NCBI GenBank assembly: GCA_009602725.1
Contig: WELB01000026.1
Coordinates: forward strand, 120,963 to 140,962
Source: Spirogloea muscicola
Taxonomy: Eukaryota
Reading direction: 5' to 3'
Length of the DNA: 20,000 bases
Each line of letters begins with the position of its first letter. Position 1 is the first letter of the stretch. A program made the translations under genes and the position numbers. The notes below the pieces were generated by a model. It was not told the origin of the DNA and did no database searches. It saw only the letters and a list, made by a program, of their open reading frames with translations. Positions 19,811-20,000 of this stretch are shown here, one piece after another.

Positions 19811-20000
19811 AGCAAGGCGAGCAGCCTGGCTTCCATGTCGCCGGGTCCCTCGCCCAAGTTTACCGGATGCGCCTGGCCGTCTCTTTGCAGCGGTCCCTAG
19901 CTTTTGCGGTCCACTTGCGCGCAGGCCGCGCTCTGGCGGCGGCCTCCGGCTTCCGTCAGGGCGACGTCTTTCCGCCTGCTAGCTACTCAGACTTGCATCT
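19811..20000 (+). mobile_element. Family F C-terminal fragment (runs off the window)
   Basis: QGEQPGFHVAGSLAQVYRMRLAVSLQRSLAFAVHLRAGRALAAASGFRQGDVFPPASYSDLH, with about 5 mismatches to the reverse complement of 11822-12011. Confidence 0.9.

Overview
Eukaryotic nuclear DNA (GT-AG introns, GC-rich repeats; the lineage cannot be fixed from sequence alone). It has three components. (1) One intact 7-exon minus-strand gene (4408->2173, about 307 aa) of the epoxide hydrolase (EPHX/EH) branch of alpha/beta hydrolases. Its nucleophile Asp, catalytic His and second lid Tyr all appear substituted, so it is a probable pseudoenzyme. (2) A degenerate ~200-bp mitochondrial atp1 insertion (NUMT, ~1523-1730). 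(3) A dense, nested pile of CRE-like non-LTR retrotransposons with restriction-like endonucleases (RLE), covering most of 4.6-20 kb. This includes a near full-length copy A (Pro-rich N-terminus, two zinc fingers, RT, CCHC knuckle, RLE), a same-family 5'-truncated copy B inserted into A with a 7-bp target-site duplication (TSD), and a divergent copy C. It also includes more than 12 short 3'-end remnants of several families sharing the C-terminal motif RMRLxxSLQRSxAxAxHxRAGRAxxxASGFRxG...SDLxLLxRGY*. Several families end in the same ~75-nt structured, poly(A)-less terminus with a (TTC)n tail, present in roughly 15-20 full or partial copies on both strands.
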